From Macrostomum lignano (lineage: Eukaryota), in contig NIVC01003661.1 of NCBI GenBank assembly GCA_002269645.1, positions 1 through 64,000 on the forward strand: a DNA stretch of 64,000 bases. Direction: 5' to 3'. Of the stretch, positions 12,598 through 24,900 are shown in pieces (positions within the stretch are counted from its first letter, which is position 1; every line of letters starts with the position of its first letter). The notes under the pieces are model-generated. The model ran no database searches and had not been told where the DNA came from. It worked only from the letters and a program-made list of their open reading frames with translations. The translations under genes were made by a program, and so were the position numbers.

Positions 12598-13050
12598 TGT
12601 GGCGCCCCAAACATCTTTGAGCGCCTCCCTGTCCCATTTGGCGCCTCCCTGTCCCATTTGGCGCCTTCCTGTCCCATTTGGCGCCTTTCTGTCCCATTTA
12701 GCGCCTCCCTATCCTATTTGGCGCCTATCTGTCCCATTTGGCGCCTTCCTGTCTCATTTGGCGCCTTTCTATCCCATTTGGCGCCTCCCTATCCTATTTG
12801 GCACCTCCCTATCCTATTTGGCGCCTCTCTGTCCCATTTGGCGCCTCTCTGTCCTATTTGGCCCCTGCCTGTCCCACTTGACGCCTCTCTGTCCCATTTG
12901 GCGCCTCTCTGTCCTATTTGGCGCCTGCCTGTCCCATTTGGCGCCTCTCTGTCCCATTTGGCGCTTCTCTGTCCCATTTGGCGCCCCCTATCCCATTTGG
13001 CGCCTTCCTGCCCCTTTTGGCGCCTCCCTGCTCCATCTGACGCCTCTCTG
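12598..13050. repeat. 20-bp minisatellite GTCCCATTTGGCGCCTCTCT
   Basis: About 22 degenerate copies. Confidence 0.92.
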
Positions 13051-14137
13051 ACATCTGAAAGCTTTGCTGCCACCGACACCCTAAGCGCCATACGACAGCT
13101 TTCGGCGGCACTTAGCATATTTGGCAGCAAAGACAGCTTAACACATCGCTCATTAGTATAACAGGATTGATATAATCATTTTTTGCCTCATCATTCCCAT
13201 CTCAGCAGCCGTTTCGGAGCTTGAAGTTGATGTCATATTTCATAATTTGCAAACTACAATAACGAGAAGCAATTTAACAGCAGTCATGCAGCCTGGACGG
13301 AGAGGCTTCAAACTCTGCTTTTATCTGAATGGAAGCGTCCGGCTTGGTGTTTCGTCATGAGAGCGAAATAAAAAGCAATAAAATTTGTTTCTATTAATAG
13401 TCACGCCGCGTGACATCAGCGCTAAAAATGCGTAGGTGGCGCGCCGGGACTGCCTGCCAGTCGAGCTCAAGCTCGGCTTTGCTAAAAAAACAGGACCGCA
13501 AAAATTGAGTTCTAACTCTACGCCCACAAGTGGGTGCGTGAGCATTGAGAAAGCACAGATGAGCGAATTGCCTCAAGTTTCAAAGTGGCCGACAAGTTCG
13601 GCAGTGTGCGGGGGCGGAGGGGGGTTAGTGAGGCGCTGGCACGGCTCCACAGGGCGCTGTGTGTCTCACCTGCTGCCAAGCGGAGCCCTCCGTCCCGCCT
13701 AATCTCTGTATGCAGCTGCGAGCCACCTGCCCCGCCCACCCCTGCTTGGCCCACCTGCCCTCTGGTTGGCTGGAGACAAACACACACAGCAATTCGCCCC
13801 GATTGAACAGGGCTTGAGGAGAGAGAGAGAAGATAAGAAGAGGTAATGCGAAAATTTGCTCAGCGATTCCCTGCAATATTCGTCAGAGCCCGGCTGCAAA
13901 CTCCCTTGCCGTTGCCAGTATAATCTGACTTCTGCTCTGCGCTCCGCCAAGGCAACGCCGCCCATTGCAACTCCTGCCAGGACTGCTTCGATTGCATCCC
14001 CAGCCTCTCCCGTTACTGTTTGCTGAGCCGTGCCAAGCAACCAACAAACTTCTTTTCATCTTCTCGATTTCTTGAAGCCATGCGCGCAACTTAACTGGAG
14101 CAGCTCCAGTGTGCGTGACCGACTGACTGAGCTGGCG

Positions 14138-16561
14138 ATGAGGCCGGAGACGCTGCTGCCGCTGCTTCTGCTGTTGCTGCTGCCACCTGTGGCAGTCGGC
14201 TGTCCCTGGCGATTTTGCCACAGCGTCCAGGTGAAAAATATTCGGTCAAGCTCGGGCGGCGGCGACTACCGAATGCTCACCGCCCACGAGTGCCGGCCCA
14301 GCAACAATTTCCCCGAGCGCTGCCACCTGCACGAGACGGCCTACCAGCCCGACCGGGTGCTCAACTTCACCATGCGCCGCGCCCAACTGTCCGAGGCTCC
14401 CCTGTCCGGATTCTGCCAGTTCGATCAGCTGTCCGGCCTGGACTTGGCCGAGAATTTGATAGCCGAATTCCGCTATCCTGCCGGCCAGCTGTCCGACAGG
14501 CCCGGCTGCCTGTCCCGCCTGCGCTGGCTCAGCCTGCGGGCCAACCGCCTTCGCGAGGCCGACATCTCGCAGTTCCTCCGCCTGCCGGGCCTCGAGCAGC
14601 TGGACCTGTCCGACAACCGCCAGCTGGAGTCGCTCTACCTCAGCGAGGCGCTGCAGTCTCAGTCAGGCCGCAGCAGCGCGGCGCTCAAGACGATCCTGGC
14701 CAGCCGCTGCCGCATCAAGCAGGTGGACATCTCACTGGTGCGCCTGCCCAGCCTGCAGGACATCGACCTGAGTTACAACCGGGTGTCCCGCGTCACCGAC
14801 CGGCTCCGATGGCGCTGGACGCCCGACAAGGTGGCCGCGATCGCCGCCGAGCGGAACTGGCGGCGCACCCAGGACCCGAACTACTACGCCCGCCTGTCCG
14901 TGCAGCTCGTGCAAAACCGCATCGGCCCGGAGGCCTTTGCCGACGGCCGCACCCTCTGGGGCCTCCCGGTGCCCAGCCTGGACTCCGACTCTGACGCGGC
15001 CACTGACGCCGTGGTAAACGCGCTGAAGCTCTACCGGGACGCCTTCCGGTCGTTTTTGTACATCGACAACACCGACTCGACGGTCACCTGCGACTGCCGC
15101 CTGCTGTCCGCGTGGTCATTCCTGCGCCGGGTTCACCGGGATCCGGACGAGTTTTCCAGGCGGAACGCGCTGTCGCTGGCTTACTGGCTCCGCCTGCGCT
15201 GCGACCCCGCCAGCCTCCCAGGTGGTGGCTATGTCAGCAGGAAAAACATCACGAGCTTGGCCGATACGGATCTCCGCTGCGAGCACACCGACGACTGTCC
15301 GACCGGCTGCGGCTGCACCGAGCGCGTCATGCCGTCCGAGCTGACACTGAAATGCCGCGGCGCCGGGCTTTCAGCTTTGCCGCGGCACCTTCCAGCCAGC
15401 GTGCACCCGGTGCGCTACAATCTGCTGCTGGCCGACAACCGGATATCCAGCCTCAAATTCGCCGGCAAGCTCGCCAACGCCAGTCTTGTGCAGCGGATCG
15501 ACCTGAGCAGAAACCGCATCACTGCGGCTACGGATTTCGCCCCGCTGGCCGCCTTCACCAGCCTGCACTGGCTGAACCTCAGCGGCAACCCGCTGCTCAG
15601 CCTACCGCCCAGCCTGCTCAATCTGGCGTCCGCCGGCCGCGCCACGCCGCCACGTGTGGACCTTGGCGCTTCCGTCACCGTCCGCTGCAGCTGCTCCCAG
15701 CTCGAGCCGGACGCCTGGGAGCGGCAGCGGCGACTCCTCGGCGACGGGATTCGCGGCCTGCGCTGTTTCGGCGCACAAGGAGAACCCGAGCCTCCTGCCG
15801 AGTTCCGCCTCAGGAAGTGCGTGCAGCGGCCCAACACCACCAACTCGGTGGTGGTCAGGGAACAGCAGATTGTCGACCAGTCGGTGATTCTCTGGGCCGG
15901 TATCGGCTCCGTGCTGCTGTTCCTGCTGGCCCTGGTGGCCGTGGTATTCGCCGTGCTGCGCTACCGGCGCAGTCAGGACACACCAGACAAGGCGCCGCCA
16001 ACATCGCCGCCGCTGCAGCCACCGTCGACGCAGCCGATGGCAGCAATGCAGGGGCAGCTGCCGATGCTGTGGGGCTCGGCTGGCGGCTGCGTCTCGCCCG
16101 ATTATGTACCGCCGGGCGGTTGTGGCTCTCCGTACGACTCCATGACGGCACTGCCTCGGTACGCTCGCGATCCGGCGTCGGCGTCGGCATCGGCGCTTTT
16201 TCTGCTGCGCGGTGGCGTCTGTGCCAATCCGGCTGGTGGCAGCGCCAATTTCCCCGTGGCCGGCCGGCTCGGCCAGGAGGATGACAGTGACGATTTCAGC
16301 AGCGAAGATGAGGGCGCAGGCTGCGGGGCTCCGAGCGGAAGCGACCCGGCCATCGCCGGCGCCCGCTGCCCGCTGCATCGCCCGGACTCCTGGCGCGGTG
16401 CCGGCGACCAGCGCCGAGGTGGCGGCCGCCTGCCAGCGACGCGGCTGCTGGTGGAACGCGAGCTGCTGCTGCCGCCACCGCTGCCACCGCGGACGCAGCC
16501 GCTGTTACAAGGTCACGTTCTCGGTGGTTCCGCGGCTGTCACCTTGACAACCGATGTTTAG
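14138..16561 (+). CDS. Single-exon type-I membrane LRR receptor (signal peptide, LRRs, LRRCT-LRRNT-LRR-LRRCT, TM, low-complexity tail, no TIR), 807 aa
   Basis: ATG 14138 followed by the hydrophobic leader LLPLLLLLLLPPVAVG; LxxLxLxxN repeats (LSGLDLAEN, LRWLSLRAN, LEQLDLSDN, LQDIDLSYN, VQRIDLSRN, LHWLNLSGN); cysteine caps CDCRL..W and CPTGCGC; TM ILWAGIGSVLLFLLALVAVVFAVL. Confidence 0.9.
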   Translation: MRPETLLPLLLLLLLPPVAVGCPWRFCHSVQVKNIRSSSGGGDYRMLTAHECRPSNNFPERCHLHETAYQPDRVLNFTMRRAQLSEAPLSGFCQFDQLSGLDLAENLIAEFRYPAGQLSDRPGCLSRLRWLSLRANRLREADISQFLRLPGLEQLDLSDNRQLESLYLSEALQSQSGRSSAALKTILASRCRIKQVDISLVRLPSLQDIDLSYNRVSRVTDRLRWRWTPDKVAAIAAERNWRRTQDPNYYARLSVQLVQNRIGPEAFADGRTLWGLPVPSLDSDSDAATDAVVNALKLYRDAFRSFLYIDNTDSTVTCDCRLLSAWSFLRRVHRDPDEFSRRNALSLAYWLRLRCDPASLPGGGYVSRKNITSLADTDLRCEHTDDCPTGCGCTERVMPSELTLKCRGAGLSALPRHLPASVHPVRYNLLLADNRISSLKFAGKLANASLVQRIDLSRNRITAATDFAPLAAFTSLHWLNLSGNPLLSLPPSLLNLASAGRATPPRVDLGASVTVRCSCSQLEPDAWERQRRLLGDGIRGLRCFGAQGEPEPPAEFRLRKCVQRPNTTNSVVVREQQIVDQSVILWAGIGSVLLFLLALVAVVFAVLRYRRSQDTPDKAPPTSPPLQPPSTQPMAAMQGQLPMLWGSAGGCVSPDYVPPGGCGSPYDSMTALPRYARDPASASASALFLLRGGVCANPAGGSANFPVAGRLGQEDDSDDFSSEDEGAGCGAPSGSDPAIAGARCPLHRPDSWRGAGDQRRGGGRLPATRLLVERELLLPPPLPPRTQPLLQGHVLGGSAAVTLTTDV

Positions 16562-17477
16562 CCCGGATTTGTGCAGCTAATTAGACTCTGCTCGATGACG
16601 CTACGGTACCCTCGATTGACGCTTTGATGCATCCTTTTCCCCATTGGCTGTAGCTTCATTCCCTCACCTGGAGAATCCCGTCACTATCTTGCATTTGACT
16701 ATGACGTCACTAGCAACCAAGGCTGTGACGTTGTCTTCGCTTCTAGCTAGATTGTTTTGTCATCCTCGTTTTCTAAGCTTCGACGCTACTGGGACGGCCC
16801 CTGGATATCGTACGAGTACTTTGTATCTTTAGAAGGCTGCAATTTTGCTTGCATTTTGCCTGGCTTTGCAGTCCAGTCAATCTACCATTGTGTAAATTAT
16901 TATTTTGTTTCTGACTTTTCTGTTCCCTTTAAAATGGCGCATTAAAATGGAGGCAATAATTTCGTAGGCAATAAACAAATAAATAAATAGCCCTGACACG
17001 CTAAATCAAAACAGTGGCTAAAATGCTTGAACTTATTTTCTAGCCTTGCATTTGCTCTGTTCTCCTAAAAGCTGTTGCTTCACACAAGCCGAGCTCGCTC
17101 TCTGAGCGTGACACAGCTACTGTTTGGAGAACCGTTTGAGCCCAGCGCAGGCTTATGGTATAAGCAGAAGGTCTAGCCGGCAGGACGCGAGGAACCGTAA
17201 CCCGACACTCCGGCCCGGCTGGCACAGCTGCACTCTCAGCGCCTTGCTTTCGATACATTGCCTGCTCACCTCTGAAACCCAGCTAGCAGTTGCATCGCAT
17301 GGGGAAAGCTGTACTGTAAGGTGTTAGAAAAGGGGAATCGAAAAAATGGGGGGATTGCGTGACCAGCTAGCCGATGACCGGCCCATCAAGGATGGGAAGA
17401 TCGGGTTCAGTTTGAGATCTGCCGGCTCATGCAAGTTTATTGTAACAATCTGCTCACTGCCCTTGCTCACTAGCTCT

Positions 17478-18025
17478 AGCTGACTGCCCTTGCCCACCAG
17501 CTCACTGCCCTTGCCCCCAGATCACTGCCCTTGCCCACCAGCTCACTGTTCTTGCCCACCAGCTCACTGCCCTTGCCCACCAGCTCACTGCCCTTGCCCA
17601 CTAGCTGACTGCCCTTGTCCCCCAGATCACTGCCCTTGCCCACCAGCTCACTGTTCTTGCCCACCAGCTCACTGCCCTTGCCCACTAGCTGACTGCCCTT
17701 GTCCCCCAGATCACTGCCCTTGTCCACTAGCTGACTGCCCTTGTCCCCCAGATAACTGCCCTTGTCCCCCAGATCACTGCCCTTGCCCACCAGCTCACTG
17801 CCCTTGCCCCCAGATACTGCCCTTGCCCACCAGCTCACTGCCCTTGCCCACCAGATCACTGCCCTTGCCCACTAGCTGACTGCCCTTGTCCCCCAGATCA
17901 CTGCCCTTGTCCACTAGTTGACTGCCTTTGTCCACCAGCTAACGGCCTTTGTCCACCAGCTAACGGCCTTTGTCCACCAGATCATTGCCCTTATCTACCA
18001 GATCACTGCCCTTGCCTACCAGATC
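17478..18025. repeat. 21-bp minisatellite CACTGCCCTTGCCCACCAGCT
   Basis: About 26 copies. Confidence 0.95.
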
Positions 18026-18477
18026 ACCGAGCTTGACCATTCGCTCACTCTCCCGTCCAACTGAACTTCATTTTTACAAAAAAATTAGACGTGTAGAAAA
18101 TCACTCACGAACTGATTGCACTGCCAAATACTCGTGTTTTATAGCGTTTTAAATTTATTAAAGCAAAAAATGAAAATTGCAAGCAAGAACTGAGAAAAGC
18201 GCTCTTCACTCGTACAATTTGCATTGAACAGGCAATGTGCCGCAAAGTCTAGAGTTATAAAAAGTCACTTCAAACTGTGCAGAAATACTTTTCGCATTCT
18301 ATCATAAAACGTAGCATAATTTTGCATAAAAAATAAAAAGACAATTCAATTCGAGATTACAGTTGTCTGCATTGCTTTGCAAAGCGCCAAATTGCAGACT
18401 AAATATTCGAAGGAAGACAGGTCTCTACTCGCTTACTTACAGTAGAAAAACGAGGGAATTTTGTAAACTCAACTAAT

Positions 18478-21400
18478 TTAAGGTAGCAAAACAGTCTGCT
18501 TGCCAGCGATTTGTCCCCGGCAAATCGGGCACTCGAGCAGCTTTGCCGAGCAGTCCTGGCAGCTCAGCATGTGGCTGCACGGCACCAGCACAATACTGAT
18601 TGGCTGGTCGGAGCACAGGCAGCAGGTCCGCTCTTGAAGCAGACACTCCAAACGACTAGCTAACGCATTAATGCTCTGCGGAAATTAAAGTTACCTTACA
18701 TTATTCTATGAAGTTACATTATCATGCTAATTACAGGTAGTGCAAGAGAACATCAATCTCACCTCGTCTGGCCCGGCAGGACAGGCGGCCGGCTCTGCGG
18801 TCGTAGCAGCAGCAGCAACTGCCGGCTTCAGTGCGCCGCCGGCGCTGCGCAGGTCACGGAACTGACGGCGCCTGGCCGCGTCGTGCACCTCTTTGGCTGT
18901 GCAGCGAACGTCGAAAGCGTAGCAGCTGCATGGGCCTGCGGGTTCGGGGCCGGCCTCGCGTGGAAGGGCACTGCTGAGAACCCACTGACCCAACTGACCC
19001 CACAGACTCTACGGACTCCAACTGACCCCACTGACTCTACGGACCCCAACTGACCCAACTGACCCCACTGACCCAAGGGACCCCAACTGACCCTAACTGA
19101 CCCCACTGACCCTACTGAGCCCACTGACCCCACTAACGCCTACTGACCCCACTGAGCCTACTGACCCCACTGACCCCACTGAGCCTACTGACCCCACTGA
19201 CGGCACTGCCCTACTGAGCCTACTGACCCCACTGACCCCACTGAGCCTACTGAGCCTACTGACCCCACTGACCCCACTGACCCCACTGAGCCTACTGACC
19301 CCAGACCCCACTGACCCCACTGACCCCACTGACCCCACTGAGCCTACTGAGCCTACTGACCCCACTGACCCCACTGCCCTACTGAGCCTACTGACCCCAC
19401 TGACCCCACTGAGCCTACTGAGCCTACTGACCCCACTGACCCCACTGACCCCACTGAGCCTACTGACCCCAGACCCCACTGACCCCACTGACGCCACTGC
19501 CCTACTGAGCCTACTGACCCCACTGACCCCACTGACCCCACTGACCCCAGACCCCACTGACCCCACTGACGCCACTGCCCTACTGAGCCTACTGACCCCA
19601 CTGACCCCACTGATCCCACTGATCCCACTGACCCCACTGACGCCACTGACCCTAACAAAACAGACCAACCCCAGACCCCAAGCAGCGCAATGCTCACAGC
19701 AGTCCTCAGCGGATTTTGCCTCGCTGTTGACGGCATCACTGCCCACGGCGCCGCCTTTGATGAGCGCCGCCAAACTGGCCTTAAGGTCGCCGACCCTCGG
19801 CGAATTCCGCAGCGGGTGCCGCCGCCGCCGCTGCATCGCCAGCCGGGAGCGCACGCTGCCGCTGCGGAAGAAACTGTGCGTCTCCGTCACGCAGCGGTAC
19901 AGGCCTTCGGCAGCTTTGCCGCTGGCCAGACGGAAACCAAATTCCCTAGCAATTCCGTCTTGATTACTTAGCAACAGGTAAATCAGCCTGCCGCTTCTGG
20001 TCACCTTCTGAACTCTGGGAAACGCGTACCTGTTTAATAGTTGGTTAAATTTATAAATTATTGTTGTTACTTGCGTTTCTATACTGGCTTATTTCTTGCA
20101 AAATGCAAGAAATTTCATTCTGAGCATACGGGTATAAATGCGCCACTAAAATCTGCCACTAAAAAGTTACGTCCATTGTTAAAGCGGAACGCTTGCAGCC
20201 CAGCCCGTAAACAACTTGTTATCAAACTGTAATGTACATTGGCTAGCGCCCCGCTGGAAATGTACATGGGAGAGGAGGGCTGTGGGGGGTAGAGGGTTCG
20301 CGTGTAGAAGACGCGGTCGGGGGTTGAGCTAAGGGCTGGGGGCTGTTAATGGTCGATAAAAGTATACATGAGCCAATAAGAAAGTCAGAAAGGAAAAAGG
20401 AAAGAGATTAATAACTTTGCACACCAGCCAGCCGAAGCCAAATTTTACTCAGAACACAAATTTAGCCAAAAACGCCAAACCGACGCCCATTGAAAGTAGC
20501 AGATATAGCATATATTGATAGGCCAGGAATAAAAAAGTCTGGCACCAACCTCAGCAGAACTCCGCCATCTGCGCGGCAAAGGAGGACCGATTCACAGTCA
20601 ACTCCAATTAATAGTTTTCGTCGCTGACAGTCTTTGACGGGATGAAAGTGACAGCCGTAAGCGGCTCCGTTTGCCACCTGTTCTAGGGTTGTCGTGCGAG
20701 CAGCTTCGGTTGGGTGCTGGTGGCCAGCGCGCCTGAGAGCCTCCAGGTGAAATAGCTGCCTGTGAGGACATTCAAAATGATTTTCTAAATCTTAAAATAA
20801 CCTTGACCTCCCATAATGACCCCTGATAACCCTAAAAACCCAGAACGAATAGGCCTCCAGAATGACCTTGACCTGTGACCTGCTACCAGAGTGATCGTGA
20901 CTTCCCTGAGTGACCTTGACAGGGTGACCTTGAACTCGCTGCTGGGTGATCTTGGACTCCCTGCTGGGCGACCTTGGACTCGCGGCTTGGTGACCTTGGA
21001 CTCCCAGAATTACTATATGAATTTCTTAGGCTAGGCCTTGACCTCAACCTACGATGCCCACCCCAGAGACTGGCTCACCGAGTCGCCTCTTCCACCAGCA
21101 TATGGGGCTGCACGAAGAACCTGACAGCCAGGCGCAACTGGCAGCGGCCGGGCCGGGGCACCTGCTTGGCGAGCCGATTGCGGCTGTTGACCCAGAGCTC
21201 CTCGCCTCGGCTGCCTGGATAGGTCAAGCCGAAATAGTCCGCCTCCTCGAATACGCCCTCACTGCGGCACAACTGCAAACATGTTGGGAGCGGGCGGGTT
21301 CAGCTAAATAGATTTAAATTCTCTAGTAATATGCCAACAATATGCTGGTAGTTAGTAGACATAAGCGAATTTTCAGACGGGCATAGCAAAATGGGTGTCT

Positions 21401-21776
21401 TTCATTGTTGCTCTTAGCTACAAGACCTCTTCTGTATGCCAGAAACTAAAATTAGACGTCGCACCCGAATATTCGAATGTTTATTTTTATCTAAGTCAGT
21501 GAGCATTGTGACATTGTCAGATTTTTTTACCGAAATCCCTGCTTAGCTGTGTATGTTTTCACTTTTTGCTAAGATTTTTGGTACTAACTGAATTTTTTGA
21601 CTACTGCTTAACTCACAGAAAGCAAGAAACTCAGTCACTGCTCAGGTCGCCAAATCAAACTGCAAAATTTTGCTCACCAATTTAATGCAGTCGTATCCAC
21701 TGGCACTTTTGTCGAACGAGACAACCCGAACTCGCCCGTCTGGCAGAGTCACTTCGTAGTGAACGAGGCAACTCAT
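18478..21776 (-). CDS. MYLIP: FERM-RING E3 ubiquitin ligase MYLIP/IDOL-like, ~401 aa; exons 21776-21678, 21272-21079, 20759-20550, 20029-19698, ~18935-18763, 18675-18478
   Basis: Matches recalled MYLIP motifs: VTLPDG..G.DC, DYFGL...GS.GE.LW.N.RNR, RFFVQPH, LLIGV, GLYRCVTETHSFFR, YAFDVRCTAKEVHDAARR; C-terminal RING C..C...PCSH...C..C....CPICR. All splice phases are consistent; the exon 5 acceptor is the least certain. Confidence 0.92.
18983..19650. repeat. ~9-bp ACTGACCCC / ACTGAGCCT repeat in MYLIP intron 4
   Basis: Visible array; accounts for the SGVSGV ORFs. Confidence 0.93.
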
Positions 21777-22904
21777 TTTATTTTGAAAAAAAATTCTTTA
21801 AAATAGTTAATTGTTAGGACAATTGCGATTGTTTCATGAAGGCAAATCAACACACTCACTGTTTGTTTGAACAGACGCTTTTGTATGGCGTATGCTGTGT
21901 GCGCAATCCTGTTTTATATAAGAGGAATTCCGGGGGTGAGAATCTGAAATCGCACACGCCACATGCGCATGGGGCTTCCTTTTCCATCCTCTCCTACTGT
22001 GGTAACCCGAAATTTGGCGAGTGAGGAATGGTTTCTTGTCAAGGTCAATTCGTGCAGGGCCACGCAGCATGCGCGTGGCGCACTCAAAGCCGGGAGAATG
22101 GGGTTGCCTCGATTCTATTTTTAGCACTATGCGCCATTTTCCATTCGCGTGTCGCGTGACCCTTAATAGCAGTGCCTGTAAGTACGCTATGGGCATGGAA
22201 ATCCAAATGGACCAGATAGATACTACTGACTGCTACTCCACATTCCAATGTTCCAAGTTCCAACCAAACAATCTCATTCAAGGAAAAACCTAGGCTTTCG
22301 AATCATCTTACATTATCTGTTTCTAACAGATAATTTCATATTCGTAAGCGCAACTCTAGATTGCATGCTCATAAATACTAGCTGAAGTACTAAAAATGTA
22401 GTTGCAATCGACTGGCTATGGGATTGATTAAAAAAAACGGCTCAACTGATTTTCACCAAAACTTGGTTAGAAAATAATTGTTATCTCTGAAATTCATTCC
22501 ACGATTTGGTAAATCTTCTCTCTTAGAATCCACAGTTTATTCAAAGTATACTTATAAGTAAAGCATAGCAATAGTACGAGAGATTAATGCATGAGGCAAT
22601 AAGCCACAGCTTGGTCCACAATCGAACAGAACAACAAATAAGAGTTGTAAGGCTGCTGACACTGTACAAATGATTGAAAGGCGGGAGTCCAGGCGGCGAA
22701 CAAAAGCACACAATGCTATTTAATAGTTAACAGAAATAGATTCAGCAAATATAGGCCGTGTACAGCAAAAGTAAAAACGAGAAAAACAAGAAAGAATGGC
22801 AGCTAGTCCAGCAATTTCTTTCAATTATGAAGTTGCTTTTACCAGTCACGCGGAAAAGTGCATTTCATAGAGAGGAAAGCATTGTACCATTTAATTCAGC
22901 TTAA

Positions 22905-23330
22905 TTGCATCTGATTGGCTGGCGTATGACACTTGTTAACCCAACCCCACTCCCTGCCTAGCTAAACAATCCCCGCCTCTACCCATCAGTTGTATCTGAT
23001 TGGCTGGCGTATGACACTTGTTAACCCAACCCCACTCCCTGCCTAGCTAAACAATCCCCGCCTCTACCCATCAGTTGTATCTGATTGGCTGGCGTATGAC
23101 ACTTGTTAACCCACCCCACTTCCTGCCTAGCTAAACAATCCCCGCCTCTACCCATCAGTTGTATCTGATTGGCTGGCGTATGACACTTGTTAACCCAACC
23201 CCACTCCCTGCCTAGCTAAACAATCCCCGCCTCTACCCATCAGTTGTATCTGATTGGCTGGCGTATGACACTTGTTAACCCACCCCACTTCCTGCCTAGC
23301 TAAACAATCTCCGCCCGCCTCTAGTCCCCT
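22905..23330. repeat. 85-bp tandem repeat (~5 copies); each unit carries a CCAAT-box and a GC-box motif
   Basis: CTGATTGGCT at 22911, 22996, 23081, 23165, 23250; CCCCGCCTC within the unit. Confidence 0.95.
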
Positions 23331-23416
23331 AATTCCGCTTGCGTACTATAGAAACTATTGATTAATTTCAACGTTGGTTAAGACTACGCCAAAAAAGAGC
23401 TCAAGAAATAATTAGT

Positions 23417-24900
23417 TCATATGACCAGCAGCTGAGTCACGATCCAGCCCAGTAAATAGGCAGCCAGCAGCAGAAGCAGCAGAACTCCTTCGTTAAGGGT
23501 TAGTAATTTCATCCACAACCAAAGAGGGCCCCTACGCAGCAGACCCAACAATTGGGACAATCGCTGCCGATTGTACAGATGCGGCTGCTGTTGTTGTTTT
23601 CTGGTCAGCAACTTCGATAGAGTGTAGACAGTAAACATGGCGATGCAGGCCCACTTGTAAAACCAGCACTGGCCGCTGCTGCCGGGCTGAAATGAATGGA
23701 TAGTAAGGTCTGCATAGTTTACCAATATCACTCGGGCTGCTTTGCTAGCATTATTGTTAGTGTCCGTGTAGAGATTTTGTCTATATGGTAGATCGCAGCT
23801 GCAAATAAGACGAAGCGTTGTCAGGGCGACTGCAAGCTCAGCTGTGCCCAATATAGATTATGAACTACTCAAACTTTTGAAAAGAATTGTCGAACACTTA
23901 TGCAACTGTACAACCACACTACCGGCCGCTTTTATCGTACAGTTCATTTAAATAAAACTAGTTACCTTGACTATTTTCTTCGAATCTGAGGTCTTCGAGA
24001 GGCCCTTGAAGGATATTCACAAAAATCTGTTCCTCCATTTTAGGTTTAGAAGGAAGAATCCTACTACACAGTGACAATGCAGAAGCAGCTGGGTTAGTGT
24101 TTAGGCAAAAAGAAGAAATGTTTGCACAAAAGTTCATTAATTGTACAGCAGCAGCAGCAGCATGTACACAGCACGACAAAATGAATCCGTTTAAGTGTTA
24201 CAGAAGTGAGTTCCAGCGCTTGAAAAATGTCCCTACTCGGGCTTGATGTCAGCCTCCTTTAAACGCTACTTTGACACTCGAGTTAAGCTATTTTAATCTT
24301 ATAGAATTAATTAAGTTCGCAAAATGATTAGTCTATTTGTTTACAGCGCAGCCAAATCATCTGTATATACCGTTGGCATTTTCATTAACCAGTCTTGGCT
24401 CGGCGGCGAGGGCTGCAATATCGCGGCAATTTCTAGTAAGTTCCAATCTGACTACTCAAGTCTAATTTGACAGACAGGCATGCACAAACTAATGTACATT
24501 CTTATCTCTTCCCATTAAAATTTACGCTCTGACGAAAATTTTTCTTTGCATATGCAAATTTTACTACTGTACCTTCAGTAGGCACACATATGGACACAGT
24601 TAAAGACACTGGTAGAGAGCAACTAATCCAGTCACATTTCATCTTTCTCTAAAGAGATTTAAACTAAAATAATTGGAATTTACCATGAGTAATCTATTAA
24701 GTGCTAAAGAACCGAGAATTCATATCCGCAAAATTATAATTTCCAGCTTAATTCCACGGCAAGTTCATTGAAATTTACCTGAAATTGCAGGTGTACATGT
24801 TGAGCCTTCTACTTAACCTGTACATGGATGCAGCACGCAGATCTGCCATCAGCCGCTCGTTCAAAATACATGTTAAGCATTTGAATACTTTACTGATTTT
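23417..24900 (-). CDS. Candidate spliced coding region with C-terminal hydrophobic segments; exons ?-24779, 24432-24371, 24088-23966, 23841-23417
   Basis: Phase-compatible GT/AG chain (2,1,1) found by eye; last exon is 141 codons ending LLLLLLAAYLLGWIVTQLLVI*. No homology recognised. Confidence 0.4.

Noticed and set aside
14215-16547. Many overlapping alternative-frame ORFs over the LRR gene
   Set aside because: Expected shadow ORFs in high-GC coding DNA.
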